This document shows, piece by piece, positions 9,918 to 21,000 of a stretch of DNA of 64,000 nt. The DNA is from an uncultured Fibrobacterota bacterium (lineage in GTDB: Bacteria > Fibrobacterota > Chitinivibrionia > Chitinivibrionales > FEN-1185): assembly GCA_963729895.1 (NCBI GenBank), contig CAVSQB010000018.1:64001-128000 (forward strand), written 5' to 3'. The position numbers were made by a program, and so were the translations under genes. Every line of letters starts with the position of its first letter. The first letter of the stretch is position 1. The notes under the pieces were generated by a model. It searched no databases. It saw only the letters and a list, made by a program, of their open reading frames with translations, and had not been told where the DNA came from.

Positions 9918-11111
9918 TTATCTTCCGACACTTATAAACGCCGCAAGTCCGAACATCACCAGCGCGAGCAGGAGCTTTGTCAGCACCATGTGTCTTTGCT
10001 GGAACGAAGAGAGTTTCTTCCATTTGAGCCCGTATGCGGTAGCCATCAGGACGATGAGCAGAGGGAGCACAAAGAGGAAATTGTAAACCACCAGGAGCAG
10101 CCAGCCAACAAGCCTGAACCCGAACGTGTGGGTCATTGCCATGATGGTGGGCAGATAGATCTTTGCGGTACACGCGCCTTCGAGCAGCGTGACGAAGAAT
10201 CCGGTGATAACGGCGCCCACCACGATCTTGTTGCTCGACATGTTGCCCCGGATCACCGAATGGATGAGCAGCTTGATGCCTTTTGGCAATTGCACTTTCA
10301 TCTCGCTGGTATCCTTGGTACGGAAATAATGGATTGCGTCCCAGATGGAGAGCAGGGCCACCCATACCGCGATGCCGACGGCTGTCACGCGGATCGCAAG
10401 GGAAAACCAGTAGAATTTGTCCATGAGCGACAGGATGCGGAACGCGCCCAACCCAAGCAGAAAATAGGTAAGAAACGTTGTTCCCGCAAAAGCAAGCCCG
10501 ATTTTGAGCACGTCCGAGCGCCTCCGGTTCTGCGTACCCAGAAACGAAATGAGGAATATCATCGAGGCGATTGCGCACGGATTGACGCCGTCCACAAACC
10601 CTATGGCGAACAGGCCGATAAACGACCATGTTTTCATCCTGTCGCGGATCATGGCTGCGGTGTTTACGGTGTCGATGGTGCTGTCGCCGTAGGCGTGGGC
10701 ATAGGTCCATCTCTCGGGATGCGACAAATAGGATTCAATGAGCGGTCGGCCGGTCTTCATGATGATGTCGTATCCGACAAGAACGGTGTCCGGAAAGAAC
10801 AGCTCCTGGGGAGCGGTGGTCTTTACGTGGTACCCTTTTTCCATGGCGGTGAGCAGGGCGAGGTCTTTGTCCACCTCGATGTCGCGGTAGACAATGGAGA
10901 GTTTCCCGGCATATTGTCGGCCGAGGGGCTCAAGCAACTGCGTCTTGATTTCGGCGCATTCGCCGCAGGTGCTCGACCCGAAGAAGGTGAGTCGCAAGGA
11001 ATGCTGCGCCTTCGAAACGCCCTGCGGAAAGGCGAGACACGCCACGAACAGGATAGCGGAAACAGCTCTCACGGTATGAGCGGCGCAGACACGGAAGGCG
11101 GATGTTCTCAT
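9918..11111 (-). CDS. Thioredoxin/glutaredoxin-fold plus CcdA/DsbD-like transmembrane protein
   Basis: N-terminal CGEC motif, then multi-TM region with DGVNPCA and EGACT cysteine motifs. Confidence 0.75.
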   Translation of the reverse strand: MRTSAFRVCAAHTVRAVSAILFVACLAFPQGVSKAQHSLRLTFFGSSTCGECAEIKTQLLEPLGRQYAGKLSIVYRDIEVDKDLALLTAMEKGYHVKTTAPQELFFPDTVLVGYDIIMKTGRPLIESYLSHPERWTYAHAYGDSTIDTVNTAAMIRDRMKTWSFIGLFAIGFVDGVNPCAIASMIFLISFLGTQNRRRSDVLKIGLAFAGTTFLTYFLLGLGAFRILSLMDKFYWFSLAIRVTAVGIAVWVALLSIWDAIHYFRTKDTSEMKVQLPKGIKLLIHSVIRGNMSSNKIVVGAVITGFFVTLLEGACTAKIYLPTIMAMTHTFGFRLVGWLLLVVYNFLFVLPLLIVLMATAYGLKWKKLSSFQQRHMVLTKLLLALVMFGLAAFISVGR

Positions 11112-11205
11112 GGTGTAATACCTTTTTTTACAATTGGACAACTTATTGATTCGGTCATTAAATAGGGTACATAGTTGGTTCTTGGTTGCCTAAGTACCCC
11201 TTGGT

Positions 11206-11274
11206 GCTTGCCTCGATACACCGCTCGCCGAGTGGCCCTTTGGGCCGTATTGAGGCGAGCGGCACTCGGCAAGC
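11206..11274. repeat. Nested REP-like palindrome
   Basis: GCTTGCC...GGCAAGC outer stem; GCCTCGATAC...CACTCGGC unit enclosing an inverted copy GCCGAGTG-GCCCTTTGGGCC-GTATTGAGGC. Confidence 0.6.
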
Positions 11275-11370
11275 GTTTTTGAAGAGTAATGTCACCAACT
11301 ATGATGACCGGATTGCTAGAGGCCCTGCAAGCTCCTGGAAGGTTGCAGGAGATGTCTGTGAAACGTTGCG

Positions 11371-12987
11371 CTATTGCCCAACGAATATCCCGTCGAGCGC
11401 GTCCCCGGCGAACCCGATCTTCTTTTTGCACAAAAGATATTCTTTCACCGAGAACAAGGGAATCTCCCTGTTTTCGGCAATGCGGCCATGCTCGTCGTAG
11501 GCGTCGTTGAACCACAGGGACGCAAGCCGCAGTTTTTCGCTTTCGTCGAACACGACGCTCCTTGGCGCCCATCCAACCGCAATCCCGTAGTCGCGCCGGA
11601 CAAGCGAAGCTTCGTAGTCCTCCGGTGACGCGGCCCGTGGCGAGCATTGCAGGCCGGCGCGCGCGAGATCGGCAACGACCTTTTCACCCACCAGGGACGA
11701 GACGGGGTCGTCTGACCTGTACAGGACGGAAATCGGCTGCTTACCTGCTGCGATATTCGCGCCGGCTGTCGGGGGAGGTTGCGGAGCGGCGTTGTCGGTC
11801 TCGACTGCGCCGATCACGGCGCCTTCCGCCTTGACAAAATTGGCAAGGATGTCACGCGGGTTTACGGCATTTCGTACGGCCAGCCTCGCGTTGTTGTCGT
11901 CGAGTGCGCATGACAGGAAATAACGGTCTTCGGCGAACAACACCAGGTTCGACTGCTCCATCGCCTTGCGGCGGGCGTAGTCGAGATCTTTTTCCGCAAA
12001 AAGGGAGACAATGTCGTATCTGTTAAGCGAGTAGGCCAGAATTGGATTAGGATCGCGTCCGAGCCTGAGCGTGCAGGACGCGAGATACGGCTTGGGGCCC
12101 GGGCAGCGGCTGTTGGGAACGAGCATGGTGACGCCGCCCATGTCGCTTTTCACCATGTAGGGGCCCAGCTTGAGGCTCGCAGGTAAGAGGCGAGGCGTGC
12201 ATATTCGGGCAAGCGCCTGAGGGTCGGGCGGATCAAGGTGGAGTACTATGGTCTTGTCGTCAACCACCTGAAATCCTGGGATAACGGCTTCCTGACCGCG
12301 AATAAACCCCGCAAGGCCCTTCACATTCAGGAACAGCGCAAAGCCTTCAGCGGGATGCCTTCTCACAAAATCGCTCCACGCGTTTGCGCAGTCGAACGAT
12401 GACACGGTGCGCCCCGCGCCGTTTATCAATTTATCGGCAAGGGCCAGGGTAATGTCCCGGTCGGAAACGTTTTTGACCTGGAAATAGGCCGCGGTTTCTT
12501 TGGCATGGGTGGCCTGGCAGGCTTCTTTGTTAAGAGGGTAGGATTCAAAAAGTGCGGCAACATTCTGGTCGGCAAATCCGCGTTGCATATACATGGTGAC
12601 ACTGCCTCCCGCACGGGGCTCGATTTTTTCCGGCTGCTTCTGGACCACCGGCGATTCTTTCTGGACGAGCGTTTCCGCAGGGACCGGTTTTGCCTCGGGA
12701 AGCGAAGGTTTTTCAGACGACGCCACCACCACGCGAAAATACCTGTTCTGGATAAGGGTGTCTTTCCTGAAGGGGTATTCCTTGAGGAGCCGCTCGAACG
12801 ACGCAGAGAATCTTTGTCTGTCGAGGGAATCCCTGAACGATACGAGGTAGCCGGTTGTATCACCCTTCTCGGTCCGGACGATATCGTGCCCATTGTAGAG
12901 GGTTTCGGACTGTTTGATGACTGCTTTACCGCACGAGACAAGAAGAATCCCGACCGCGCACGTGCAGGCAATGGCGTGTCTGTTCAT
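11371..12987 (-). CDS. Lipoprotein, ABC-type substrate-binding protein (family 5-like, divergent)
   Basis: Lipobox LLVSC; SBP5-like segments GFQVVDDKTIVLHL, LGPYMV, PYLASCTL. Confidence 0.6.
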   Translation of the reverse strand: MNRHAIACTCAVGILLVSCGKAVIKQSETLYNGHDIVRTEKGDTTGYLVSFRDSLDRQRFSASFERLLKEYPFRKDTLIQNRYFRVVVASSEKPSLPEAKPVPAETLVQKESPVVQKQPEKIEPRAGGSVTMYMQRGFADQNVAALFESYPLNKEACQATHAKETAAYFQVKNVSDRDITLALADKLINGAGRTVSSFDCANAWSDFVRRHPAEGFALFLNVKGLAGFIRGQEAVIPGFQVVDDKTIVLHLDPPDPQALARICTPRLLPASLKLGPYMVKSDMGGVTMLVPNSRCPGPKPYLASCTLRLGRDPNPILAYSLNRYDIVSLFAEKDLDYARRKAMEQSNLVLFAEDRYFLSCALDDNNARLAVRNAVNPRDILANFVKAEGAVIGAVETDNAAPQPPPTAGANIAAGKQPISVLYRSDDPVSSLVGEKVVADLARAGLQCSPRAASPEDYEASLVRRDYGIAVGWAPRSVVFDESEKLRLASLWFNDAYDEHGRIAENREIPLFSVKEYLLCKKKIGFAGDALDGIFVGQ

Positions 12988-13119
12988 AAACCGCCTGGTA
13001 GTTCTGGTTCCGTTGCTGATCAAAAATACATTCCAGTGGCGGTAAAATCCCTGCGGAAGGTATTTTTGGTGCATAAAACAGGTTCACCGCGTGAACGATG
13101 TCTTCCGCACAAACTCGGC

Positions 13120-15891
13120 ATGCCCAAAAAGAAACAATCCTCACGAAAAGCAAAGCACCCGCTGATCTGGAAATTGTTATGTGTCGCGCTGGGCCTTGTT
13201 GTGTTCCTTCTGGCGGCCGCCTATCCCGCGTATCTCGTCGGCCAGTACGCCTTCAACCGGTATTTCGACCACTGGGGCGAAAAACTCGTTGATCTTGAGA
13301 AACGCGGGCTCCTGTCCAGGAAATTCGGTGCAGCGTGGCAGGACGTGCTCAAGGACGAGGCCATGGAGCACGAGGCGCACAGGCTGCTCGGCGCCGACAC
13401 CTTGGGGAAGACAGACACCGCGCTCGTGGTGGATGGCGTATTTATCAACGATTATCCTTCGTTGTCCATCATTGCCAGGCTCAATGCTGTGCAACAGTAC
13501 TCAAACGAAATACGCATTGCGGACCGCAAAGACCGCGATATCGCGCGCATCCGCACGAACCACACCCGGGCAAAAATAAGCGAATTCCCGCCCACCCTTG
13601 TCAAATCCTTGGTTGCCGCGGAAGACGCCGATTTTTGGAAAAACACCACCGGCATCGAGTACAGCAGCATCGTGCGGTCGGTGGCGGGCGGCCTGCTTCG
13701 CAGCATACTTTCGTTACGGCCCGTGGCCCCGCGCGGCACGTCCACCATCACCCAGCAGGTGGCAAAGCTGTTTATTTCGGACGTCGATGAGGCGGGTACC
13801 CGCCGTGTTTCCAAGACCCTTGACCGGAAGCTCAGGGAAATGCGCCTTGCAAACGCGTTGCGCAAGGTGTACAAGCCCGAAGAAATTCTAGAAGTGTATG
13901 TCAACCACTGCATTACAAGCGACAATGGCCTTATCGGCTGCAAAGACATTGCCCGGGCCCTGTTCGACAAAGACCTCAAGGACTTGTCGGATGCGCAATC
14001 CGTGTACATCGCACGCATGGTAAAATGGGGCCGCAACGTGAAGCCCAAGATCGCACGGCAATGCGCGCTCGACATGCCGCGGATCGGCAAGGCTTTGGGA
14101 TGGAACGCGGCGAGGCAGGCGAAAATCCTTGCCGAGGTCCATGAGTTGACATTTAAGAAGCCGCGGCAGATTCAGACCGATTTCGGTGCGCTCGTCGATT
14201 GCGCCAACGAATACTGGTGCGCGGTGCTGAGGCGGAACGGCGCGCAAGACGGCCAGATCGATCAGATGGACATCGTGAACCCCAATTCCCTTATTCGCAA
14301 GAAGGGTAATCTCTCCATACGGCTCACCATCGACGTTCCTTTGCAGAAAGAGCTTGAGCGCCTTGTGAATGCGCGCGGGTATGGACCCGACACCACGGTG
14401 ATGGAGGGTGGCAGGCCGGTCCAGGTGGGTGGGCAATACTATGCCTACAGCATCATGGATTCCAAGGACGGCACGCTGCTGGCGTATTATTCGAGGGACC
14501 GAATGGGGTCACGCTTGTCGGGACTTCTTCGTAACAGGACCCCCAACGGATCGTCGACTGCCAAGCCGATTTTCAACGCGCTCAATTTCGACCTTGGCAC
14601 GTTTGCTCCCTATGCAAAATGGACCGACAGTGTGGAAGTGACCGACAACGTTCCATGGCAGCGGGCGTTTAGGCGCGACGCAAAAGGCAGAATTCTCGGC
14701 GTGGTGTTTACCCACAGCGCGGTGCGCGGAAAAGGCTATGAGGTGCACAACGACCACGACGAGTTTGAAGGCTGCCGGTATATTTTCGACCAGCTGAACG
14801 CGTCGAACAATATTCTCGGAGTGGAGACGGTGTACCGGCTCAACAGAACTCTGTTTTCCCTGGACGGCGGCATCAGCAAGGATGCATTCCCTCTTGTCCA
14901 ATACTTCTACCGGATCGGCGCGTTCGGCCGCATCAAGGACGATCTGCACCTCACCTCGGTGACGGGCGTGCGCGTGTACAAGGAGCTTGCACGCATCGTG
15001 GGTGTGGACGTTGATTCCACCGTGTCGGGCGGCAAGCGCGTGCCGATTTCGGACAGCCTGTACTCGGTGGCGCTCGGCACGCTCGAGCTTACCCTCTACG
15101 AGCAGATGCACCTGTTTAACGTGCTATATAATAACGATCTCATTGAAAGGCCGGCTAGCCACCCATCACTCATCATCGACAACATCGTTCTCAACGGCGA
15201 TACCGTGCAAATGACCGACACCATCAAGCGCTACCATCCATTTTTGGATGTAAATAACCTGCGTTCCACCTACCTTGGCCTCCACAAGCGGCTTGTCTCC
15301 GCTGACGGTCTTGACATATACGATATTACGGCGCCGCCCGATACCGCCGGGATCGAGATGAAAAGTGCGTTCGACAAGGCAGTACTCCCGCTTACGGGCC
15401 CGCCGTCCAACTTTGCAAAGAGCGGCACAACCGATGACGTGATCCGTCCGTTCGACGCGCGCGCCAGGAGCGGCAGGAAAACGAACTACGGCGTCTGGAA
15501 CGCGGTGCTGCGCGTCGACCTGTCCAAGTTGGCAGGAGCCGGCGCAGAACCCGACATCCGCGACATCACCGTGGCGTGCATCGGCGAATGCAGCCAGCAC
15601 TACACGGGCGCTCGCGACGGCAAGAGCCTGCACAAGTTCCTCACCAAGAACCTGTTGCTCAAAGCCGGCGTTCCATGCCCCAACGGTTTCTTCACAAGGT
15701 ATGAGGCGTATATCAAGCGCGCTACGCCTAAAGACTCATTGGATTGTGTCAATGCAGCCGGTGCCGGGCAAGAATCCAAGCCCGGGAATCCGTTTGAACG
15801 GTTCCTTTCAATATTCAAGAAGAAGGCCGACACCTCAAGAGCTGCGCCCACGGTGGATACGGGCGGGCCGGTTTCGAAGAATCAGGATTGA
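13120..15891 (+). CDS. Class A penicillin-binding protein (transglycosylase plus transpeptidase)
   Basis: TM anchor; GT51 motifs EDADF, GTSTITQQVAK, RKLRE; transpeptidase motifs STAK, SNN, KSG. Confidence 0.85.
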   Translation: MPKKKQSSRKAKHPLIWKLLCVALGLVVFLLAAAYPAYLVGQYAFNRYFDHWGEKLVDLEKRGLLSRKFGAAWQDVLKDEAMEHEAHRLLGADTLGKTDTALVVDGVFINDYPSLSIIARLNAVQQYSNEIRIADRKDRDIARIRTNHTRAKISEFPPTLVKSLVAAEDADFWKNTTGIEYSSIVRSVAGGLLRSILSLRPVAPRGTSTITQQVAKLFISDVDEAGTRRVSKTLDRKLREMRLANALRKVYKPEEILEVYVNHCITSDNGLIGCKDIARALFDKDLKDLSDAQSVYIARMVKWGRNVKPKIARQCALDMPRIGKALGWNAARQAKILAEVHELTFKKPRQIQTDFGALVDCANEYWCAVLRRNGAQDGQIDQMDIVNPNSLIRKKGNLSIRLTIDVPLQKELERLVNARGYGPDTTVMEGGRPVQVGGQYYAYSIMDSKDGTLLAYYSRDRMGSRLSGLLRNRTPNGSSTAKPIFNALNFDLGTFAPYAKWTDSVEVTDNVPWQRAFRRDAKGRILGVVFTHSAVRGKGYEVHNDHDEFEGCRYIFDQLNASNNILGVETVYRLNRTLFSLDGGISKDAFPLVQYFYRIGAFGRIKDDLHLTSVTGVRVYKELARIVGVDVDSTVSGGKRVPISDSLYSVALGTLELTLYEQMHLFNVLYNNDLIERPASHPSLIIDNIVLNGDTVQMTDTIKRYHPFLDVNNLRSTYLGLHKRLVSADGLDIYDITAPPDTAGIEMKSAFDKAVLPLTGPPSNFAKSGTTDDVIRPFDARARSGRKTNYGVWNAVLRVDLSKLAGAGAEPDIRDITVACIGECSQHYTGARDGKSLHKFLTKNLLLKAGVPCPNGFFTRYEAYIKRATPKDSLDCVNAAGAGQESKPGNPFERFLSIFKKKADTSRAAPTVDTGGPVSKNQD

Positions 15892-15991
15892 ATAGGTTGA
15901 AAGGGGAAGCACCGCAGCCCTTATCGACCCAACAATTATCCCCTCCTTCCGGCATTTTATTATATTTCTTATTCCACAATCTATTGTATAA

Positions 15992-17821
15992 ATGGCGGAA
16001 ACAGCTACAATATATATGCCAGATACAAAACTATCGATCCCGGTATACGACGAAAAAACAATCAAGACCCTCAGTTCCCTCGAGCACATCCGTTTACGCC
16101 CTGGGATGTACATCGGCCGCCTGGGCGACGGAACCAACCCCGACGACGGCATCTACATCCTGCTCAAGGAAGTGATCGACAACTCGATTGATGAATTCAT
16201 CATGGGGTTCGGAAAGAAGATTGACATCTCCATTGAAGAGGGGATCGTTTCCGTGCGCGACTACGGCCGCGGCATACCGCTCGGCAAGGTGATCGAATGC
16301 GTGTCGGTGATCAACACCGGCGCAAAATACAATGACGACGTGTTCCAGTTCAGTGTGGGACTCAACGGCGTCGGCACCAAGGCGGTGAACGGGATGTCGT
16401 CCCATTTTCGCGTAGCGTCGTTTCGCGACGGCGAGTTCTTTGAGGCGACGTTCTCACGAGGCAAGCAAATCTCAAAACGCAAGGGGTCGGTGAAGGGTGA
16501 GCACAACGGCACCCTTATCGAGTTCACGCCCGATGCGGAACTCTTCGGCGACTCTGCGTTCAACGTTGAGTACGTGGAACGCAGGCTCTGGAATTACGCC
16601 TGCCTCAACACCGGGCTCAAGCTGGTTTTCAACAAACAGACCTTCGAATCGAAAAACGGGCTTCTCGACCTTCTTACCGATGAAGTGGGCGAGAGCACCG
16701 TCTACCCCATCGGACATTTCAAGACCAAGTTCCTGGAATTTGCCTTCACCCATACCGCAAGCTACGGGGAAACCTACCGTTCGTTTGTGAACGGCCAGCT
16801 CACCAGCGACGGCGGCACGCACCTGTCCGCGTTCCGCGAAGGCATTCTCAAGGGGATCAACGAGTTTTACAAGAAAGACTATTCGGGCCTCGACGTGCGC
16901 GAAGGAATGGCGGGCGCGATTGCGGTGAAGCTCAAGGCGCCGGTGTTCGAATCGCAGACCAAGAACAAACTGGGTAACACCGAAATCCGCGGCTGGGTAA
17001 TTTCCGAAGTCAAGTCGGGCGTTGTGGACTTTCTCCACAAGAACCCGGAAAGCGCCAAGGCGCTTGAGAGCAAGATAGTCCAGAACGAGCATCTGCGCAA
17101 AGAACTCAACGCGGTCAAGAAGGAAGCCAAGGAAGCCGCCAAGCGCATCGAAATAAAAATTCCCTGCCTCAAGGACTGCAAGTACCATCTTGGCGACACG
17201 AAACACGGCGAGGAATCAACCGTGTTCCTTACCGAAGGGCAATCGGCCGCCGGTTCCATCGTGTCCGCGCGCGACGTGCAGACACAGGCGATCTTCACGC
17301 TCAAGGGCAAGCCGGAAAACGTATTCAGCAGGAACCGGGCGGCCATCTACCAGAACGAAGAACTGTACAACCTGATGATGTCGCTCGGCATCGAAGAGAA
17401 CATCGAGAACCTGCGGTACAACCGCATCGTCATCGCCACCGACGCCGACGTGGACGGGTTCCACATCCGCTATCTGCTCATGACATTCTTCCTCACCTAC
17501 TTTGAAGACCTGGTGGTATCAAACCACCTTTATATATTGGAAACGCCGCTGTTCCGCGTTCGCAACAACAAGGAAACGCGGTATTGTTACAGCGAGAAGG
17601 AGCGCGACGCCGGCACGCGCGACCTGAAGGGCTCCGAGGTGACCCGGTTCAAGGGTCTTGGCGAGATATCGCCCGGCGAGTTCGGCCAGTTTATCGGCGA
17701 GGACATGCGGCTCGTGGAAGTCAACGTAAAATCGATCAAGAACATACCGGAAACGCTGGAATTCTACATGGGCAAGAACACGCCGCAGCGGAAAGACTTC
17801 ATTATGGAGAACCTAGTCTAA
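15992..17821 (+). CDS. parE: Type IIA topoisomerase subunit B (short, topoisomerase IV-type)
   Basis: EHIRLRPGMYIG, EVIDNSIDE, GLNGVG, TEGQSA, TDADVDG, RFKGLGE; stop overlaps the next ATG. Confidence 0.88.
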   Translation: MAETATIYMPDTKLSIPVYDEKTIKTLSSLEHIRLRPGMYIGRLGDGTNPDDGIYILLKEVIDNSIDEFIMGFGKKIDISIEEGIVSVRDYGRGIPLGKVIECVSVINTGAKYNDDVFQFSVGLNGVGTKAVNGMSSHFRVASFRDGEFFEATFSRGKQISKRKGSVKGEHNGTLIEFTPDAELFGDSAFNVEYVERRLWNYACLNTGLKLVFNKQTFESKNGLLDLLTDEVGESTVYPIGHFKTKFLEFAFTHTASYGETYRSFVNGQLTSDGGTHLSAFREGILKGINEFYKKDYSGLDVREGMAGAIAVKLKAPVFESQTKNKLGNTEIRGWVISEVKSGVVDFLHKNPESAKALESKIVQNEHLRKELNAVKKEAKEAAKRIEIKIPCLKDCKYHLGDTKHGEESTVFLTEGQSAAGSIVSARDVQTQAIFTLKGKPENVFSRNRAAIYQNEELYNLMMSLGIEENIENLRYNRIVIATDADVDGFHIRYLLMTFFLTYFEDLVVSNHLYILETPLFRVRNNKETRYCYSEKERDAGTRDLKGSEVTRFKGLGEISPGEFGQFIGEDMRLVEVNVKSIKNIPETLEFYMGKNTPQRKDFIMENLV

Positions 17822-19731
17822 TGGCGTTTGTCCCTGCACTTTACAAAAACTACTTTATCGAGTACGCAAGCTACGTCATCAAGGACCGCGCCATACCCGA
17901 CATCGAGGACGGGCTCAAGCCGGTGCAGCGCCGCATTCTTCACACGCTCTTCGAAATGGACGACGGCAAATTCCACAAGGTTGCCAATGCCGTGGGCCAG
18001 TGCATGAAATACCATCCGCACGGCGACCAGTCGATTTTTGCCGCCCTCGTCGGCCTGGCTAATAAAGATTTGTTTATTGACAAACAGGGTAATTTCGGCA
18101 ACATCCTCACGGGCGACGAGGCCTCGGCGATGCGCTACATCGAGTGCCGCCTCACACCGCTTGCCCGGGAAACCCTGTTCAATCCGGAAATCACCGATTT
18201 CGTCGGCTCCTACGACGGACGCAACAAGGAGCCCGTTGTATTGCCCGCCAAGGTGCCGGTTCTTCTGGCGCAGGGTGCCGAAGGAATTGCCGTGGGCATG
18301 GCCACCAAGATCCTGCCGCACAATTTTATCGAGCTGCTCCAGGCGCAGATCGCGTATCTTAACAAAGAGGACTTCTCGCTGAGGCCGGATTTTCCCTCGG
18401 GCGGCATGCTTGACATGTCGGAGTACGGAGACGGCAACGGCAAGGTCCGCATCCGCGCCAGGCTCGACACCGGCGACGACAAGCGGATCGTGGTCCGCGA
18501 AATCCCCTTCGGCACCACAACCGAAAGCCTCATCGCCAGCGTGGAGGCCGCAGCCCGCAAAAACAAGATCAAGATAGCGGGTATTTCCGATTTCACCTCG
18601 GAACAAGTGGAGATCGAGATCCGGCTCGCGCGCGGTGTGCACACGCAGGACACGGTCGACGCGCTGTACGCGTTTACGGACTGCGAAGTGTCGACCAACG
18701 TGAACGTGGTGGTAATCAAAGAAGGCAAACCGGTCACCATGAGCGTGTCCGACGTGCTCAAACACGGCGCGGACCGGACCGTTGAGCTTTTGAAGCGCGA
18801 GCTTAAGATCGAGGACGGCCATTTGCGCGACCGGCTGCACGCCAAGACGCTCGAACAGATCTTCATCGAAAACCGTGTGTACAAACGCATCGAAGACAAG
18901 AAGACGCAGGAAGCCGTCACCAAAGCGGTAATTGACGGACTGGAACCTTTTGCCGGCCAGATCAAGCGCGAGGTGACGGCCGGCGACGTGGAAACCCTGC
19001 TCAAGATTCCTATCCGCAGGATCTCTGCCTACGACATCAACAAAGCCCGGCACGAAATGGACGAGATCAAGACGCGGCTCAAGGAGATCCGGCATTCGCT
19101 CGATACTATCGTGGATTACACTATCGGGTTCATGCAGGATACCATGCTCAAGTACAGCAAGCAGTATCCGCGCCGCACCGAAGTGGTGTCGTTCGAGAAG
19201 GTTGATGTCCGCGAAGTCGCCCAGCGCAACCTCAAGCTTCGTTACGACCGCGACAACGGTTATCTCGGCTACGAGGTGAACGGCAGCGGGCTCTTCGATG
19301 TCTCGCTGTACGACCGCATTCTCGTGATCCGCAGGAACGGCATGTATTCGGTAATCAACGTGCCCGACAAATTATTCGTGGACAAGGGCATGCTGCACTG
19401 CGGGTTCATCGACAAAGACGCCGTCTATTCCCTGGTGTACAAGAGTCCCGAGAATCAGTTCCCCTACGTAAAGCGCTGCCACATAGAGCAGTTCATCATG
19501 CAGAAGGCATACCTGCTTGCGCCCGAAGGGGCGACCGTCCAGATGTTCACCACCGAGACCGACGGGACCATCGAGGTGGAATACAAGCCCAAGCCCTATC
19601 TGCGCGTGCTTGAGGAGAAGTTCAACCTCGGAGATTATCTGATCAAGGGGGTCAAAGCCCAGGGTGTGAGGCTTTCCAACAAGGAAGCCAGGACCGTGAA
19701 GTTCGTGGCGGACCTCAAGTTGACCAATTAA
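17821..19731 (+). CDS. parC: Type IIA topoisomerase subunit A (topoisomerase IV-type)
   Basis: DGLKPVQRR, YHPHGD, catalytic AMRY, GIAVGMAT; no GyrA box seen. Confidence 0.88.
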   Translation: MAFVPALYKNYFIEYASYVIKDRAIPDIEDGLKPVQRRILHTLFEMDDGKFHKVANAVGQCMKYHPHGDQSIFAALVGLANKDLFIDKQGNFGNILTGDEASAMRYIECRLTPLARETLFNPEITDFVGSYDGRNKEPVVLPAKVPVLLAQGAEGIAVGMATKILPHNFIELLQAQIAYLNKEDFSLRPDFPSGGMLDMSEYGDGNGKVRIRARLDTGDDKRIVVREIPFGTTTESLIASVEAAARKNKIKIAGISDFTSEQVEIEIRLARGVHTQDTVDALYAFTDCEVSTNVNVVVIKEGKPVTMSVSDVLKHGADRTVELLKRELKIEDGHLRDRLHAKTLEQIFIENRVYKRIEDKKTQEAVTKAVIDGLEPFAGQIKREVTAGDVETLLKIPIRRISAYDINKARHEMDEIKTRLKEIRHSLDTIVDYTIGFMQDTMLKYSKQYPRRTEVVSFEKVDVREVAQRNLKLRYDRDNGYLGYEVNGSGLFDVSLYDRILVIRRNGMYSVINVPDKLFVDKGMLHCGFIDKDAVYSLVYKSPENQFPYVKRCHIEQFIMQKAYLLAPEGATVQMFTTETDGTIEVEYKPKPYLRVLEEKFNLGDYLIKGVKAQGVRLSNKEARTVKFVADLKLTN

Positions 19732-19957
19732 TACAATACGCTATTTCTTGTGGGGGAAGTTTACCCCGGCGTCCTGCCGGTGCTCCGCTACCTCTCTCCC
19801 GGGTACCCCATGTGAGTTGATTTGCAAGAAAGAAACTTCGGCTGGGGGGCACCCGCGAAGCGCTGTGGAATTGAAGAACGCAGCATTTTAGGATGGAGGC
19901 GCTCTGCAGCAGTACCTCTAGCTAAAAATGGTTTTCCTTCATCAACGCTGGGGCGTT

Positions 19958-20872
19958 TCAACGATTCAACTTTTTGAACTTTGCTCCCTGCAGCAAACCC
20001 CTCTTCTCCATCACATCATAAATAACCTTCATCGACCCCGCCTTGTCCGCGCTCCACATCGGCGCAACCAGCCCGTTTTTCACGCTCGCATCGGCCATGA
20101 TCCTGTGGATATGCTGGTCCGGCCTCAGGCGCGCCAGGAAATCGCACACAGCTTCGGCATATTCCTCGAGCGTCAACGGCTGTACCGTGCCTTCTTCGTA
20201 CCACCGGTGCATCCGGGTCCCGGCGATAATCATGAGCTGATGGATCTTGACTCCTGTTACCGGAAGAGAGGCTACGAGCGTTGCCGTCGAGACTGCGTCG
20301 CCCGCAGATTCGGACGGCAGCCCGATCATCACGTGCGCCACCGTCTCGATTCCGCGTGCATTGAGCCGGTGTACGGCATCGACAAACGCCTTTGTGTCGT
20401 GGCCGCGTCCGTTGAGGCGAAGCGTCTCATCATTCCCGCTCTGCAAGCCGATTTCCACGGAGACATACGTCCGCTTCGACACCTCTTTCAAGTAGTCGCA
20501 AACGTCGTCCGGAAGACAGTCGGGACGCGTGCCGATCGCCAGGCCGGCAATGTTAGGATGACCGAGGAGCGGCTCGTAAATATTTCGGAGTCGTCTTACG
20601 CTTTCGTAGGTATTGGAAAACGGCTGCAGATAGGCGATGAACGCGCTGTGCCTGCCCCCGTCCTTGGTAATTGCACATTTCAATTGGTCGAGCAATGATG
20701 CGGCGGTGACGGCCACGGGCGAGAACGACCGGTTGTCGCAGAACGAACAGCCTTCGCTGCCGATGGTGCCGTCGCGATTGGGGCATGAAAAACCGGCATT
20801 GAGAGGAATCTTGAGAACCGGCCTTCCGATGTGTTTCTTGAGATAGGAACGGTAGGAGTTATAGCGTTCCAC
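19958..20872 (-). CDS. TIGR01212/YhcC-family radical SAM protein
   Basis: GFSCPNRDG...GCSFC, IGTRPDC, EIGLQS, VKIHQL. Confidence 0.9.
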   Translation of the reverse strand: MERYNSYRSYLKKHIGRPVLKIPLNAGFSCPNRDGTIGSEGCSFCDNRSFSPVAVTAASLLDQLKCAITKDGGRHSAFIAYLQPFSNTYESVRRLRNIYEPLLGHPNIAGLAIGTRPDCLPDDVCDYLKEVSKRTYVSVEIGLQSGNDETLRLNGRGHDTKAFVDAVHRLNARGIETVAHVMIGLPSESAGDAVSTATLVASLPVTGVKIHQLMIIAGTRMHRWYEEGTVQPLTLEEYAEAVCDFLARLRPDQHIHRIMADASVKNGLVAPMWSADKAGSMKVIYDVMEKRGLLQGAKFKKLNR

Positions 20873-21000
20873 TGTTTATAATTGATTAGAACTGCAGGTT
20901 GCAAATTCAGGGATCCAGGTCACCGGAAGAAAATAAAAAAGGGTAACCCGGTGCACCTCCAAACTGGAACCTCCAACCTGCACTTGTCCTGTAGTGCAGA

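Noticed and set aside
12505..13119. N-terminal 205 aa of the 1128-aa PBP ORF
   Set aside because: Overlaps the opposite-strand lipoprotein gene; the plausible start is ATG 13120 before the basic/TM anchor.
17584..17820. N-terminal extension of topoisomerase subunit A
   Set aside because: Overlaps subunit B; the TAATG coupling at 17819-17823 marks the start.
19745..19925. Possible ncRNA downstream of parC
   Set aside because: Only short scattered stems; no recognisable family or convincing overall fold.
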